Shown one piece after another: positions 1 to 16,050 of a DNA stretch of 64,000 bases (its first letter is position 1; every line of letters begins with the position of its first letter). Origin of the DNA: the human T2T-CHM13v2.0 reference genome, Homo sapiens; NCBI RefSeq assembly GCF_009914755.1, contig NC_060933.1. One strand, 5' to 3'. The translations under genes were made by a program, and so were the position numbers. Under the pieces are notes generated by a model that worked only from the letters and a program-made list of their open reading frames with translations, made no database searches and was not told the origin of the DNA.

Positions 1-3000
1 TACAATAAGTTTGTATATATTTATCATGTATCCTGCACCTTTGCAGAATTTGCTTATAGTTCTAAGTTTTGGTTAAGTTTTTTTGTTTTTTTAAGTTTTT
101 TGGTTAAGTTCTAAGTTTTGGTTTAAGTTTTTTGGTTTGTTTGAGAATTATTTAGGGTGTTTTACATATAAGAACCTGCCATTTACAAATAGGATAATTT
201 TACTTCTTCCTTCTAATCTGGATGCCTTTTACTTCTCTTTCTTGACTAATTGCCCTGGCTCCACCCTTGCATTACAGGGATAAACCTCACTTGGTGTTAT
301 GATGTACAATCCTTGTAATATGCTGCTGGATTCAATTTGCTAATATTTTATTAAGGATTTTTATATCTATATTCATAAAGGATATTGGTCTGTGGTTTTC
401 TTGTGTTGTCTTTGTCTAGCTTTAGGATCAGGGTAATAGTGATCTCATGTGATAAGCTATAAAGTGTTTGCTTCTTTTCTGTTTTTTGGAAAAGTTTGAG
501 AAATATTGGTGTTAATTCCTCTTTAAACATTTGGTAGAATTCATTAGGGAAGCCATCATCTGGTCCTGGACTCTGTTAGAAGTCTTCTGGTTACTGATTT
601 AATCTCTTTTATTCTCATAGGTTTGCTTAGGTTTCTAGTTCATATTCAGTTAATTTTGATAGTTTCTGTGTTTTTAGGTATTTGTCTGTTTCATCTAGAT
701 TATCCAATTTGTTGGCATACAGCTGTTCATAGTATTCTCTTATAATCCTTTTTATTTCTACAAGGTCAGTAATGATATCCCACTTCATTCCTGGTTTTAA
801 TAACTTGAGTCTTCTCTCTTTTTTTCTTGACTAATCTAGCTAAGAATTTGCCAATTTTGTTGATCTGTTCAAAGGACTAACTTCTGATTTTCTCTATTGT
901 TTTTCTATTCTCTATTTTATTTACCTCTGCTGTAATATTTTTCTCATTCTGCTTGCTTTGGCTTAATTTGCTCTTCTTTTTCTTTTCTTAAAGCATAAGC
1001 TTATTTTATTAATTTCATGTCTTTCTTCTTTTTAAATGTAGGTGTTTGCAGCTATAAATGTACCTCTGAGTATTACTTTTACTGCATCCCCTAAACTTTG
1101 GTATGTTGTATGTTTATTCTCATTTATTTCAAAGTGTTTTCTGATTTTGCTTGTGATTACTTCTTTGGCCCCTTGTTTATTTAGGACTATGTTGTTTAAT
1201 TTCTACATATTTGTGAATTTTCCAAATTTCATTCTATTATTGGTTAGTAATTTCATTCCATGTGGTTAAAGAAGATACTTTGTATGATTTATATATTTTA
1301 AATATATTAAAACTTGTTTTGTGGCCTAACATGGTTTATCCTGGAGAATGTTCCATGGGTACTTGATAAGAATGTGTATTCTGCTATTGTTGGATGGAGT
1401 GTTCCATGGATGTCTGTTAAACCTAGTTGGCTTATAATGTTGTTCAGGTCCCCTATTTCCTTGCTGAACTTCTGTCTAGTTGTTGCATACATTATTGGCA
1501 GTGAAATATTGAAGTTTCCAGCTGCCACTAGTGAACTATCTATTTTCTCCCTTCAGTTCTGAAGCAGATACTGATTTGCTTTATGTATTTTGGGGCTCTG
1601 TTGTTAGATGCATATATGTTTATAATTGCAATACCTTTTTGATGGATTGGACCTTTTATCATTGTATAACGTCCTTCTTTGTGTTGTAAGAATTTTTGTC
1701 TCAAAGTCTATTTTGTCTCATATTAGTATAGTCACTCCAGCTCTGGTTACTTTTTGTATAGAATATCTTTTTGCATCCTTCTACTTTCAATATATTTGTA
1801 TCTTTTAATCTAAAGTGAATCTCCTATACATGACACATAATTGGGTCATTTTTTTCAGCCATTGTGCTGTTCAATTGGAGGGTTTAATCCATTTACATTT
1901 CATGTAATTACTGATAAGGAATCACTTGCTTCTGTCATTTTGTGCCATTACAGCTTTATTTTATGTTGGATAGAGATGTTCTAAAGTACCATTTTAATTC
2001 CCTTGTCATTTCTTTTAATGTATATTTTTGAATTATTTTCTAAGTGTTCGTCCTGGGGGTTATAATTGACATGGTAATTTATAACAATCTGGCTTGGATT
2101 AATATCAACTTTCTCTCAATATTATGTAAAAACTTTGCTCCAATATAGCTTCATCTCATTGCTTTATGTTGTAGTTGTCATGAATTATATCTTTCTTCAA
2201 TGTTTGCCCATCAACAAAGATTTATAATGGCCATAACAAATCATTTATAATTATTATTTAATGCATTTGTCTTCTAAATCTTATAGAAAAATGAAGTTAC
2301 AGAGAAAAAAACAATGGTACTGGCTTTTATATTTACCTATGTAAATCTATGTCTTTACCAGTTTTCTTAATTTCTTTGTATAGCTTTGGGTTACTGTCTA
2401 GTGTCCTTTCATTTCAGCTTAAAGGACTCCTGTTAATATTTCTTGTAGGGTAGGTCTACCAGCAATGAACTCTCTCAGCTTTTTTGTTTGTTTGTTCGTT
2501 TGTTTGTTTGTTTTAAATCTTGGGATGTCTTGATTTCTCCTTCATTTTTGCAGTATAATTTTGCTGAATACAGAATTTTTGATTAAGAGTTTTTTTCTCT
2601 CAGAACTTTAAATATTGCATCCTATTTCTTTCTAACCTCCATGGTTTCCGATGAGAAACTGGCTATTAATATTATTGAGGGTCCCTTGTATGTGACTAGT
2701 CACTTCTCTCTTGCTGCTTTCAGGATTCTCTCTCTGTCTTTGGCTTGAACAGTTCGTTTGGACAGTCTGTGTGGATCTCTTTAAGTTTATCTACTTGGAT
2801 ATTTTGATTTTCTTAAATGTGTAAATTCATGTTTTTCATCAAATTTGGGAAGTGTATTACCATTATTTCTTCAAAGGTCCTTTATTCCCCTTTCTCTCTC
2901 CTCTTCTAGGATTCCTATTATGCATATGTTGATATGTCTGATGGTGTCCCACAGATCTCTTGGGTTCTGTTCATTTATCTTCATTATTTTTTCTTTCAGT

Positions 3001-3340
3001 TCCTCAGACTGAATAACTTCAATGGACCTATCTTCAAATTTGATGATTCTTCCTTCTGCCTGTTCGAAAATGGTATGATCCCTCTATTTAATTTTTTATT
3101 ACAGTTATTGTACTTTTTAACTCCAGAATTTCTGTTTGGTGCCTTTTTTAAATTCCTGTCTTTTTATTGGTATTTTCAGTTTGGAGAGACATTATTTGCC
3201 TGGTTTCCTTTAGCTCTTTGGTGATATCTAAAATAGCTTGTTCAAAGCCTTGATCTAGAAAGTCCAAGTCTGAGCTTCTGCAAGGGCAGTTTAGTTTCTC
3301 TTAATTGCTTTTCTCCCTATGTGTGAGCCATATGCTCTTG
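1..3340 (-). mobile_element. Old LINE-1 (L1M-type) fragment spanning ORF1 and the 5' part of ORF2, degenerate
   Basis: T-rich antisense L1 sequence. ORF 1307..1528(-) GNFNISL...LGLTDIHGTLHPTIAEYTFLSSTHGTFSRINH matches the L1 ORF2p endonuclease (GDFNTPL...DLIDIYRTLHP...EYTFFS.HHTYSKIDH). ORF1-like antisense sequence lies at ~2400-3100. Confidence 0.9.
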
Positions 3341-3359
3341 TTTCTTTGCACCCCCTTTC

Positions 3360-3540
3360 CTTTGCTTTCTGTGCACTGGATGCCCAGCCTTCTTTCCATT
3401 GTTCAGCTACATGTCTTCTCTCTTCAGAACCTTTGTCTATGCTGATCCTTTTTCCTGGAATGACTGCACGTACCCGCCCCCCTCCCAACCCCTTTACTAG
3501 TATCTTTTACCTCCTAAAGCCTCACGTTAAAATATTATCT
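3360..3540 (+). mobile_element. L2 3' fragment
   Basis: cctttgtctatgctgatcctttttcctggaatg resembles the L2 3' motif cctttgcacatgctgttccctctgcctggaatg. Confidence 0.55.
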
Positions 3541-4859
3541 ACTTGTAAGTATGAATATTAGCTAGAAAACTGTGGTCTGCAGTAAACAAAACTGTCTTTA
3601 TCTTTCTATATCTCTGAATCATTTTTGAGCTGTCACTCCATGGGCTATGGAAGGAAAGGGAGAATTACATGTTTCTATGGTTTCTACCCCTACCTTTGCC
3701 CATTTCTGGATCATGCATGGAGTGTGGCAAACCTCATGTTGCCCCATAGGACTGTCTCCTCTGGACTCACTCTGTCCCCTCACCATCAGTGAGGACTAGC
3801 CCCTTCCACTCTGGCCCCTAAAACTTCTGTTCCTCTCTTGTCTCTCCTGATAGCTGGAAATCTCTTCTTTGTATCAAAGAACTGATTCTTTCTTCATATT
3901 TCTGGCCGAGACTCTCTGTCTATGCCTCATATCTATGCCTGGAAATGAATGTATAGGGTTAGGCTATTGGTGAATAAAGTAAGGCCATTGCCCCTCCAGG
4001 TGAACAAAATTGACATGGGGTTCCTGAATGCTCTCAGGAAAGCAGGACCAAGGATAGTCCTTTGCCTCTCCCCTTGGAGTTTCGAGTTCTTAAACTATGT
4101 CTGATGGACTGGGGTGGACTGAGGGAGACCAGATAGCAGGAAAGGCCTAGAGGGTCTGAGGGAGACTTGTCCTGGGAATAGGGTCAGGGAGCCTGTCTGG
4201 TTGGCCTGGACTCAGCCCCAGGACTGGGCAGCTAGAGGAGAGAGGTTCTAGTCAGGGACCTTTGCTGTCAGGATCTTCTAATATGATTATCTCAATGCTG
4301 TTTGATATGAGAGAGAATGAGGGAGTGAATGAATAAACGGAAGGAACACTGGGGACCAGGCCACCTTGGGGAGCTGCAGCAATGGCTGGAGAGTGACCTT
4401 CCAGAGGCATCATGGATATCCGTGGTGATGGGGGCAGCATATGGTCTTCACAGGTGAGGTGAGAGTAACCAGGATTGGGGAAAGGACATATGGGATACGG
4501 GGCTGGGTGAGGAGTGATGTGGGGACCTTGTAGGAACAGGACCCCTGGGACCTGGCAGTTGGGAGCTTAGAGTCATTATTCACGGACAATCATGGAAACT
4601 TTACTTTGTTTCATGGTCTCTGGCTGGTGGGGGTCGAGGACCTTTAGATTCCATCTAAAAAAACAGAGAATAAGGGAGAAAGAGAAACAGAGAGAGAGCA
4701 AGGACATAAGAACACAGGGTGAGGCTAAGGAGGAGATGTGGTGGGAAGAATAGAGATGGACGAAGACAAAGGGAGAAAGAAAGAGGGATGAGGAGAGAGA
4801 GAAAGAGGGAAAAGCAGTTAGCAGTGGATACAAGTTGGAAGTGAAAGGCATCTGGCAAC

Positions 4860-5275
4860 CTTGCATTGCCTATGAAATGATATTAACATTTTATTATTGT
4901 AAGGTGAGCTTTTTAAAACGGAATTTTAAATGTTACCCTGCTGTTCTGGAACACAAAAACCTTTAATTTTATGCAAATGAACAGTGAGGAGCTGAGCGCT
5001 TAATGTAAACGAACACTTTCTTTGTAGGAGAGGTTGGAAGAGAGAAAAAAAATTCCCCAGGATTCTTTAATTGCTGTCTGAAATTATGTAAATCCCAGCA
5101 CCAGGCAGAACACAATTACCCCGCGGCCCTCCCTGCCAGCGCCGCTAATGTCTAACAAAATATCGGTGGGTGACATTTAGACGAGGTAATGCAAATGAGA
5201 ATTAATTTTTTTCCAAGACAAAGGGCAGCTGAAAGATCACCTCATTCATATACAGGAGCAGAGAAAGCTTGCGAA
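4860..5275. promoter_or_regulatory. Candidate enhancer with two perfect POU octamers
   Basis: Non-repeat island; ATGCAAATGA at 4971 and 5189, several TAAT/ATTA cores, some retained CpGs. Confidence 0.45.
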
Positions 5276-5499
5276 TGCTGGGGGTGGGGTGGGGTGGATG
5301 GGGAGCCCAGGGTGCCAGTCTCCCTCTTGGACCTGGGTCCCTCAAATTCTGGCCTCAGGGAGCCTTAGGTCACTAACCCTCTGACTGCAGCTCCCAAACA
5401 GTTCTTCATGGAAATTGGGTTAACAAATGTAAATAGCCATTAAAAAATACCCCATGACCCATTCTCAGTTCCATGCTCATGGCAGGCCCACAGGGTGCT

Positions 5500-5600
5500 A
5501 ACATAAACTTCTTATCTGAAGGAGGAAACTGAGGCTTGGGGGATCTGGTGACCCAGCCAAAGGCACACAGTTAACTCCAGTGGCAAGAACTGCATCAATT
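5500..5600 (-). mobile_element. MIR fragment
   Basis: gaggaaactgaggc...aaggcacacagtt...agtggcaagaactg is the antisense MIR core. Confidence 0.7.
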
Positions 5601-5839
5601 AGAGAAGGAAGGACGTTGGTTTTGTGTTTCTCTCCCTCATTCTTCCTTCCTTCCTTCCTTCCTTTCCTACCTTTCGTCCTTCTTTCCTTCCTTCATCTTT
5701 CCACTTATGGAAATGTTTTTCATTTTTAAAAATGTTTTTAGTGCAGAGGGCTTGAAGAGAGAAAACCAGGGCCAAGCACTCACTTCCACCCCAAATTCTT
5801 TTCTCAGCATGAAATAAGTTCCACATATGTAACTCAGCC

Positions 5840-6130
5840 TGGTCAGCTCCCACTTATCCTTCAAGTCTCAGCATAAAGTCTTCAGTTGCCTCCTTGAGGA
5901 AGCCTTCCTTGACCCATTCCCCATCCAAGCACCCAAAACTTTGACTTCTAAGCACTTACCAAAAACTGCAGTTACAAGGCCAAGTCTCTTCCCTATGAGA
6001 CGGTAGGTAAGTTCTGCAAGGGCAGGGGCAGTGTCCCTTGTGGTTGTCACTATAGCCCTGGTGTCTAGAACACTGCCTGGTGCTGCCTTTGCTCAGAACA
6101 TATTCAATGACTATATAAATAAATTAATGA
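5840..6130 (+). mobile_element. L2 3' end
   Basis: ggaagccttccttgaccc...gtaagttctgcaagggcagggg...tctagaacactgcctgg. Confidence 0.7.
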
Positions 6131-6198
6131 TCTAAAAGGAGACTGTGTATTGGTCAAGGTGAGCACAGTGGTTTATGCATATAAAAATGTGAGGCAGA

Positions 6199-6513
6199 GA
6201 CCAGGTGCAGTAGCTTACGCGTGTAATCCCAGCACTTTGGGAGGCTGAGGCAGGCCGATCACCTGAGGTCAGGAGTTCGAGAACAGCCTGGCCAACATGG
6301 TGAAACCCCATCTCTACTAAAAATACAAAAAAATTAGCCAGGTGTCATGGCACATGCCTGTAATCCCAGCTACTCAAGAGGCTGAGGCAGGAGAATCGCT
6401 TGAACCTGAGAGGCGGAGGTAGCAGAACCAAGTGGAGACTGCACAACTGCACTCCAGCCTGGGTGACAGAGTGAGTCTCCAGCTAAAAAACAATAAGTAA
6501 ATAAATAAATAAA
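6199..6513 (+). mobile_element. AluS, full length
   Basis: Dimeric Alu with gatcacctgaggtcaggagttcgaga and a (TAAA)n tail. Confidence 0.95.
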
Positions 6514-6845
6514 TGAAGCAGGAAGTAGTAATGATTCTCTTAACAATCACTGCTGGAATTCTAGAAATATATTTAACAGTTGGAGGGGTGGGAGGAAATG
6601 TTTGGGAGGGCAGAGGTCAGGGATCTTTCGGGTTAAGAGAGCTGTCTCTCATTAGTCTCAATGCCAGCACAACTCATATCTTCAATTCCGCAGATGACCG
6701 TAACTTAGTTTAGTCAATCCTGATTATTTTTATGCGCCTCTACTGCCAGTTTTTAATCTTGAGATAAAACCTCTAATCACTATGAAAGATGCTTTGGGCT
6801 TGACCCAAACTGAAGGTATCCAAATCTATCATTAAAAAGAAAACA

Positions 6846-7154
<309 letters not shown>

Positions 7155-7484
7155 CGCATTCTCTATGTGTTTGTTATTATTACTTTAAAAATACATCATC
7201 TGTATCTACAGCTTTTAAAGAATGATCTGATATTTGTTCATCTGTTTTTCTTCTTTAAAAATAATCTAAAATCTATGTAGATCAACAACCATAGGAGAAA
7301 TTGAGAAATTTTTCTAGCTTTCCACCAAAAAGCTTGAGGTCCAGACAGTTTTAAAGTGAATTCATCCAAAACCGCTAAGACCAGATCTTATCAATACTTT
7401 TAAATTCCTCTGGAACATAGAGAAATAAGAACTTCCTTTTCCTTTTTTTTCTTTTTTTTTTTGAAAGCAGTACCAACATACTTC

Positions 7485-7960
7485 TTCTCAAGGTCCAGGA
7501 GGAAAAAAAATTGCTCCAGATATGTCAAACAGAGGTAATTTAATATGGGAATTGGTCACCCTTGTGATAGGAATGCCGAGAAGCTAGATGGGACAGTGAG
7601 GTGACCCAGACATTGGCAATAGCAAGAAGCTGCCACCACAGGAAAGAGAAAGAGAAGATATGTTGCTAGGGATCAAAGGCAGAGGTCACCAGGAGGCAGC
7701 TGGAGCCAGGGAAGATGCGCAGCTGATGATGGAGAGGCTCCTGAAGGGGAGGGAGAGAGAAGCGCCACCCAGGCCTTTTCCTTCTTGCAGCTCTCTGGTC
7801 CCTGCCAGTGCCTCCCATTGGGTTTACCTAGCTGGGATCCAGCTGACAAAGGAAGTTGGGAAATGCCACCTCTATGGGTCAGCTCCCCAGTCCCCATTCA
7901 GAACAGAGCAGAGAAAGGTGGATGATTGGATGAAAGAGCAAATAGGCAAAACATTGAACC
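7485..7960. mobile_element. Old ERVL-class solo LTR (LTR33-like)
   Basis: caaacagaggtaatttaatatgggaattgg...gaggtgacccagacattggcaatagcaagaagctgccaccac resembles recalled LTR33-family sequence. Confidence 0.5.
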
Positions 7961-8239
7961 TGCCAAGACAGAGGCTGAGATAGACCTCTGAAACAAAGCC
8001 ACCCAGTGATCACCAAAGTCAGGCTGATGGGGCAGTCTTAATGAATGATCGGGTGGATGACACTGGAGCTCTCTGGTCAACCTTAACGCCCCAAGAACAG
8101 AAAAACAGATCTTTCGGCACCACTGGTGGAAGCACACAAACACCACCTCTGAAGAATTTGTACAAAAATACTGAACCTGAATTTGATCAAGCCTCTAAAA
8201 CCAATCATGAGTTTACAGAAGGGACATTGAAACACGTTA

Positions 8240-8708
<469 letters not shown>

Positions 8709-9077
8709 TTAGGGGACCTGTCAACCAAATGCAATGCATGAACCTTGATTTTTGTTTTGTTCTTGAGTCAAAATAAATCAACTGTGAAAAAAGCATTTAT
8801 GAGGCAATCAAGGAAACCCGAACACTAATTGGATATTTGACGATATCAAGAAATTATTGGGGTTTTTTTTTTAGGTGTGATGGTGATGGTGTAGCAATGT
8901 TTTGTTTCATTTTTGTTCCAAAGGAGTCCTTTGCTTTTAGAAAGACACATGGAAAATTTTCAGATAAAATGATTTGATGGCTGAGATTTGCTTCACAATA
9001 ATTCGTTGGGGGCTTGGAAGATGGAGGGATATAGAGAAACTGGACATGAATTGATAATTGTCAAAATTAAGTGATAA

Positions 9078-9431
<354 letters not shown>

Positions 9432-9930
9432 ACTTTTGTGTATATTTAAAGTTTTATGTAATACAAAGTTTTAAATATTTGTAAAAGAAAATAACAGTCC
9501 AAACTAACTTATCAATTTTTATCCAAAAATTGTACTATATATATACACATTTATATATACATACATTTATGTTATGTATATATGTAATTATGTAAGTAAA
9601 GAAAATGAGAAGTGCAAGTATTTAAAAAGAGGCCAAATTAGAATTATTTGCAGAGGATATGCTTTTGACTTAGAAACTCCCACTTTAAAACACCTCAAAA
9701 CTATTAGAAACAGTGAGTTAATATTGTTGCTAGTTACAAAATTAACATATGAAAACAAATAGGTTTCCTATATACAAAATAACCAAATAGAAAATGTAAT
9801 TGAAGATATCTCTATAAAAATAACAAATAAAATATAACAACTCAAAATAAATTGTAAAAGAAAGATGTGGAATCTACACAAAGAAAGTGGTATAACTTTT
9901 GAGGTTATATGTACCTCATAAGAAAAATTG

Positions 9931-10307
<377 letters not shown>

Positions 10308-11195
10308 TTAAGTAATCTATACATTAAATGAAATCCTAGTAAAAATCCTAGCAGGTTTTTTTGAACTTGATAAACAAATTCGGAACTTCAATTGGAAGAA
10401 TACACATGTGAAAACCAGGAAAATACAGAAACGTGAAGAATCATGAAGAGAGATTTCTGCTTATAGTACCATGGTAACCTGAGAACGCCTCTTGGTATAA
10501 TACACCTCAAAGTTCTGCGTAAAATTTTAAAATGTGCTTTTAAGTCTATGTCTGAGCAGACAAGAAACAGATCTCCAAGACTGTGAAAGGTACGATTCCA
10601 GAAAAGAAGACTAGTTGCTCAAAGCATCCTCTGATCCCATGCAAGGAGGGAAATCGGATAAAGAACTCCCATAAATCTGTTACCTTGAAAGATAAATTCC
10701 TCAGGAAATGGGTGCATTAGCAAAGAAACACCACCAACAACACCACCTCCCATGAGGGGATACTTGATGTCTTGACCGTGTTCTGATGAGTGAAAAAAAC
10801 AAAAAAATTTCCCTAGAGAACCCCAAACCTTAAACAGATCATCTCACAGATTATTAGAATTCATACTGTGTAGCCCACACACCACCCCACTAACAACAAC
10901 AACAAAAAGCTAGAGATTAGCTTGAAATATTCCTGTTATATCAGTGTCTCCAGGCACCTAGTAGAAACCAGTGAAAAAATTTCTGAAGGAACGCATCTTA
11001 AACCAAAGTCTCAAAGAATGCCGCTAGATAAATAGCAAATAAATGATTGTGAGTTTACTATAAAAACTCCCAAAACACACAAGTGAACAAAGCACCATGC
11101 GTGGGCGGTAGCAGAAACGAAAGACTACAGAATCAGACCTGCAAAGACAGTTGATGTTGGCACTGTTAAGTACATAATATAAAATAGTTTTGTCT

Positions 11196-11457
11196 GGCCT
11201 GGCATGGTGGCTCACAGCTGTAATCCCAGCACTTTGGGAGACCAAGGCGGGTGGATCACTTGAGGTCAGGAGTTCAAGACTGGCCTGGCCAACATGGTGA
11301 AACCCTGTCTCTACTAAAAATACCAAAAAAAAAAAAAAAAAAAAATTAGCCAGGCATGATGGGATGTGCCTGTAGTCCTAGCTACTTGGGAGGCTGAGGT
11401 GGGAGAATCTTTTGAGCCCAGGAGCCGAGATCACGCCACTGCACTCCACCCTGGGTG
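11196..11457 (+). mobile_element. Alu with an internal deletion and no A-tail
   Basis: A21 linker at 11325-11345; right arm jumps cccaggag|ccgagatc; ends at ctgggtg. Confidence 0.92.
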
Positions 11458-11698
11458 TATGGATTAAATGTGGATCAGACATGGTCCAAGTAAAGAATAA
11501 TGAATGAGCTGAGAGATAGAGCTGAACAAATGACCAATGATGAAGCACAGAGAGAAAGAAAATGGGAAACATGAAATAAAAGCTATGGCATATCAAGGAT
11601 AAAGACATTAAGTCTACAAACACATTTTTTCCAAAGTAGCAGTAGGATATAATCAAGAGAATGGGGAGTGGGGGAGATAATATTAGAAGAGATATTAT

Positions 11699-12086
<388 letters not shown>

Positions 12087-12151
12087 CTAGACATTTTGCA
12101 ATAAACCCGAAGAACGGCAAAGACAAAGTGACAATCTAAAAAGCAGCCAAA

Positions 12152-12814
<663 letters not shown>

Positions 12815-13157
12815 TGACTTTTCATAAGCAATGATGAAACCCAGAACACAATAGAATCTTTTTCAAAATGTGTAGTCAATGAAACTATCACTCAAGAACA
12901 ATCATAAAATAAAGTCATGTTCAAGCAAATAAAAACCCAGAGAATTAATATTAACAGACTCTCACTAAAACATCTTCTAAAAAGTGTCCTGCAAAGGAAA
13001 ATGACCCTAACAGGAAAGTTTGAGTTATAGATAGAAATGATGAGCCAAGAAAATGGTGACTATATTAGCATATCCAAATAAATATTTATTATATAAAATG
13101 GTAAAAATCATAATACCAAACTTGGGGGGTTACAAATGAATAGAAGAAAATACTGGA

Positions 13158-13720
13158 TGCAATGGTTAATTTTAGCTGTCGGTTTACTGGATTGAGGGGT
13201 GCCTGGCTGGCTGGTGAAATGTGGTTTCTGAGTCTGTCTATGAATGTGTTTGCAGGGAAGATTGGCATGTGAGTGAGGGGACTGAGAGAGGAACACTCGC
13301 CCTCAATGTCGGTAGGCATCATCTAATTACTGGGCAAAGGGGTTGGGACCAACAGGCAGGCAGAAGGGAGGGGGATTCTCTCTCCCTCTGCTCTCTCTCT
13401 CCCTTCCATAGCAGGCCACCTTTTCTCCTCCTGCCTTTGGACATCAGACTTCGGTTTCTTTAGCTTTTGGGCTCTTGCACCAGTGACCTCCTGGGGCTCT
13501 TGGGCCTTTGGTGTCTGCCTGGAGGCCTCACCGTGGGCTTCCCTGATTCTGAGGCTTCTGAACTTGGATTGAGCCAAGCTACCTACTTCTCTGGTTCTCC
13601 AGCTTGCAGAGACTATGGGACTTCCCCATCTCTGTGATTGTGTGAGCCAAGTCCGCTAATAAACCCACCTTGTATTATATCCCGTTGGTTCTGCCTCTCT
13701 GGAGAACCCTGACTAATACA
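13158..13720 (+). mobile_element. MLT2 (ERVL) solo LTR
   Basis: Starts tgcaatggttaatttt and ends ctctggagaaccctgactaataca. Confidence 0.9.
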
Positions 13721-14044
13721 TTGGGTAGTAATAACACATAAGTCAAGCAGGGTTATCTGAGTTAGTGTTTTAAGGTCCTTGTATTGTTTGAGAGAAGGGT
13801 AAATATATTGATTAATTTCAGAATTTATTAAACAAAACATGCCTATTAATTTTTATCTTTATATACAAATAATTTGGTGCTTGTTTTAAGCCATTAAGTT
13901 TCGGCTTGTTTGTTACTCACCAATAGTTAATGAATACATTTGCCCTACTTGCTATTAAAAATGCATTTTAAAGCTACAATATTAAAGCAGTCAGGTACTT
14001 GTACGTAAATAAACACACAAAATAATGAGACAGACTAGAGTCTA

Positions 14045-14365
<321 letters not shown>

Positions 14366-15639
14366 GGATTCAACAAACGATGTTAAGACAATTAGCTAGC
14401 CATTTGGAGAAAAAAAAAATACTGAAACTGTTTAATTTCCAGCACTGTTGGGTGGTGAATTTTTTTGTTTTGTACAACATGTGTAGTTATTACCTCTGTA
14501 TGTATAAGTCCAGTAGGAACAAAACTCTCAAGGGTTTTACTTTTACCATGTACATTCATCATGAATGAAAACTGTAAGACGAAAACCGTAACGTGCTAAG
14601 TTTAAGCAGAACTGTGCAGTAGTGACAATAAGTGCATATGGAATGTCGTGTGCTCCTCCACGAGTCATACAGCCTCCTTCGCAGTTAAGTTAGAGCTGTA
14701 TTATGTTTGCGTCCTGGGGAAAATGCTGCTAGCCACTTACCCAAGACCTAGCCTCCTTGTTTCCCCCAGTGGAAGGTTGATATTGAGGGAGATGCAATAT
14801 GCCCTGCTAGAGGAATAACGAACAGAAGTACAATAAAATGTGAGGTAATCAGAAAACAAAAAAAGGTCTGCAGAAGGAGAAGCAATTGAGAAAAATGAAC
14901 TAATTAAAGGTATTCGTGAAAGAACAAAAAAAGAGTGTGGAAGGACATAACAAAGCTATTACCTCTCAGTTGTTGAAGCACAATGATTTTGGTGTTCATC
15001 TTCATACGATTCTGCATTTTCTCGGTTTCTTGGAGCATAAATTGTATTTTTATTAGAAAAAGTAAATGCTCAGGATGTTTTGAATTGTAATCAATTTATT
15101 CAAAGTAGCATACTGTTTCATATGCTTTTACAACCCAGGTCTCCTCATCATGCACTGTCGTCTCCTTTGCCAACATTTTTCATTGGGGTCTTGATTTTTC
15201 CGTTATTGATACAGATCCCTTATTGATATAGATTGATTGATTGATAATAAGGATAGTAACACTTTCTGATTCTTTTCTTAGTTTGTCACTTGCCTTTTAA
15301 TTCTGACAATGGGATTTTTAACTTATAGAATTAAGTTATTTGAATCAAATGGAATTTATCAGTGTGTTCCTTGATACTTATTCCTCAGCTGATGTGCCTG
15401 GAAAGTCCTCACTTTGATGGAGTTAAATATGCCCTTTATTAGAATACACATTCTTCTAGTTTTCTGACTTTACTTTTCATTCTATAAATCCTATGGACAT
15501 TATATTCATATTCGGTGTGGATAAAAATTTAACTTGAGGTTGTTTTTTAATCAAAACATTTTAGCCACTTTCTCTACCCTCATTAGCCAAATAATTGCTC
15601 CTTCCCACCCTTCTTCCTCATAGTGATTGAGATGTTTTC

Positions 15640-16009
15640 TGTTGGCAGATATTGCTGGTTGCCTAGAATAATTAACCCTTCTTACCAACAGAATCTTAAT
15701 TTTGTTTGGGGAAGGAATGTGCACACCTATTTTTTAAAAAGTATTTTTCCAACTGGGTGAGGTGGTTCATGCCCTATAAGCCCAGCACTTCGGGAGGCTG
15801 AGGCAGGAGGATAGCTTGAGGTAGGAGTTCAAGACCGCTGTCTCTACAGAAAATTTAAAAATTAGCTGAGCATGGTAGCAGGTGCCTGTGGTCCCAGCTA
15901 CTCTGGAGGCTGAGGTGGGAGGATCTCTTGAGCCCAGGAGTAAAGGGTACAGTTATCTATGATCACACCACTGCAATCCAGCCTGAGCAATAGAGAGAGA
16001 CCCTATCTA

Positions 16010-16050
<41 letters not shown>

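Noticed and set aside
1307-1528. Endonuclease-like ORF as a functional gene
   Set aside because: Short in-frame remnant of a decayed L1 ORF2 with catalytic motifs altered (GDFN to GNFN).
4440-4470. Splice-like cacag|gtgaggtgagag
   Set aside because: No supporting exon structure or ORF; such motifs are frequent by chance.
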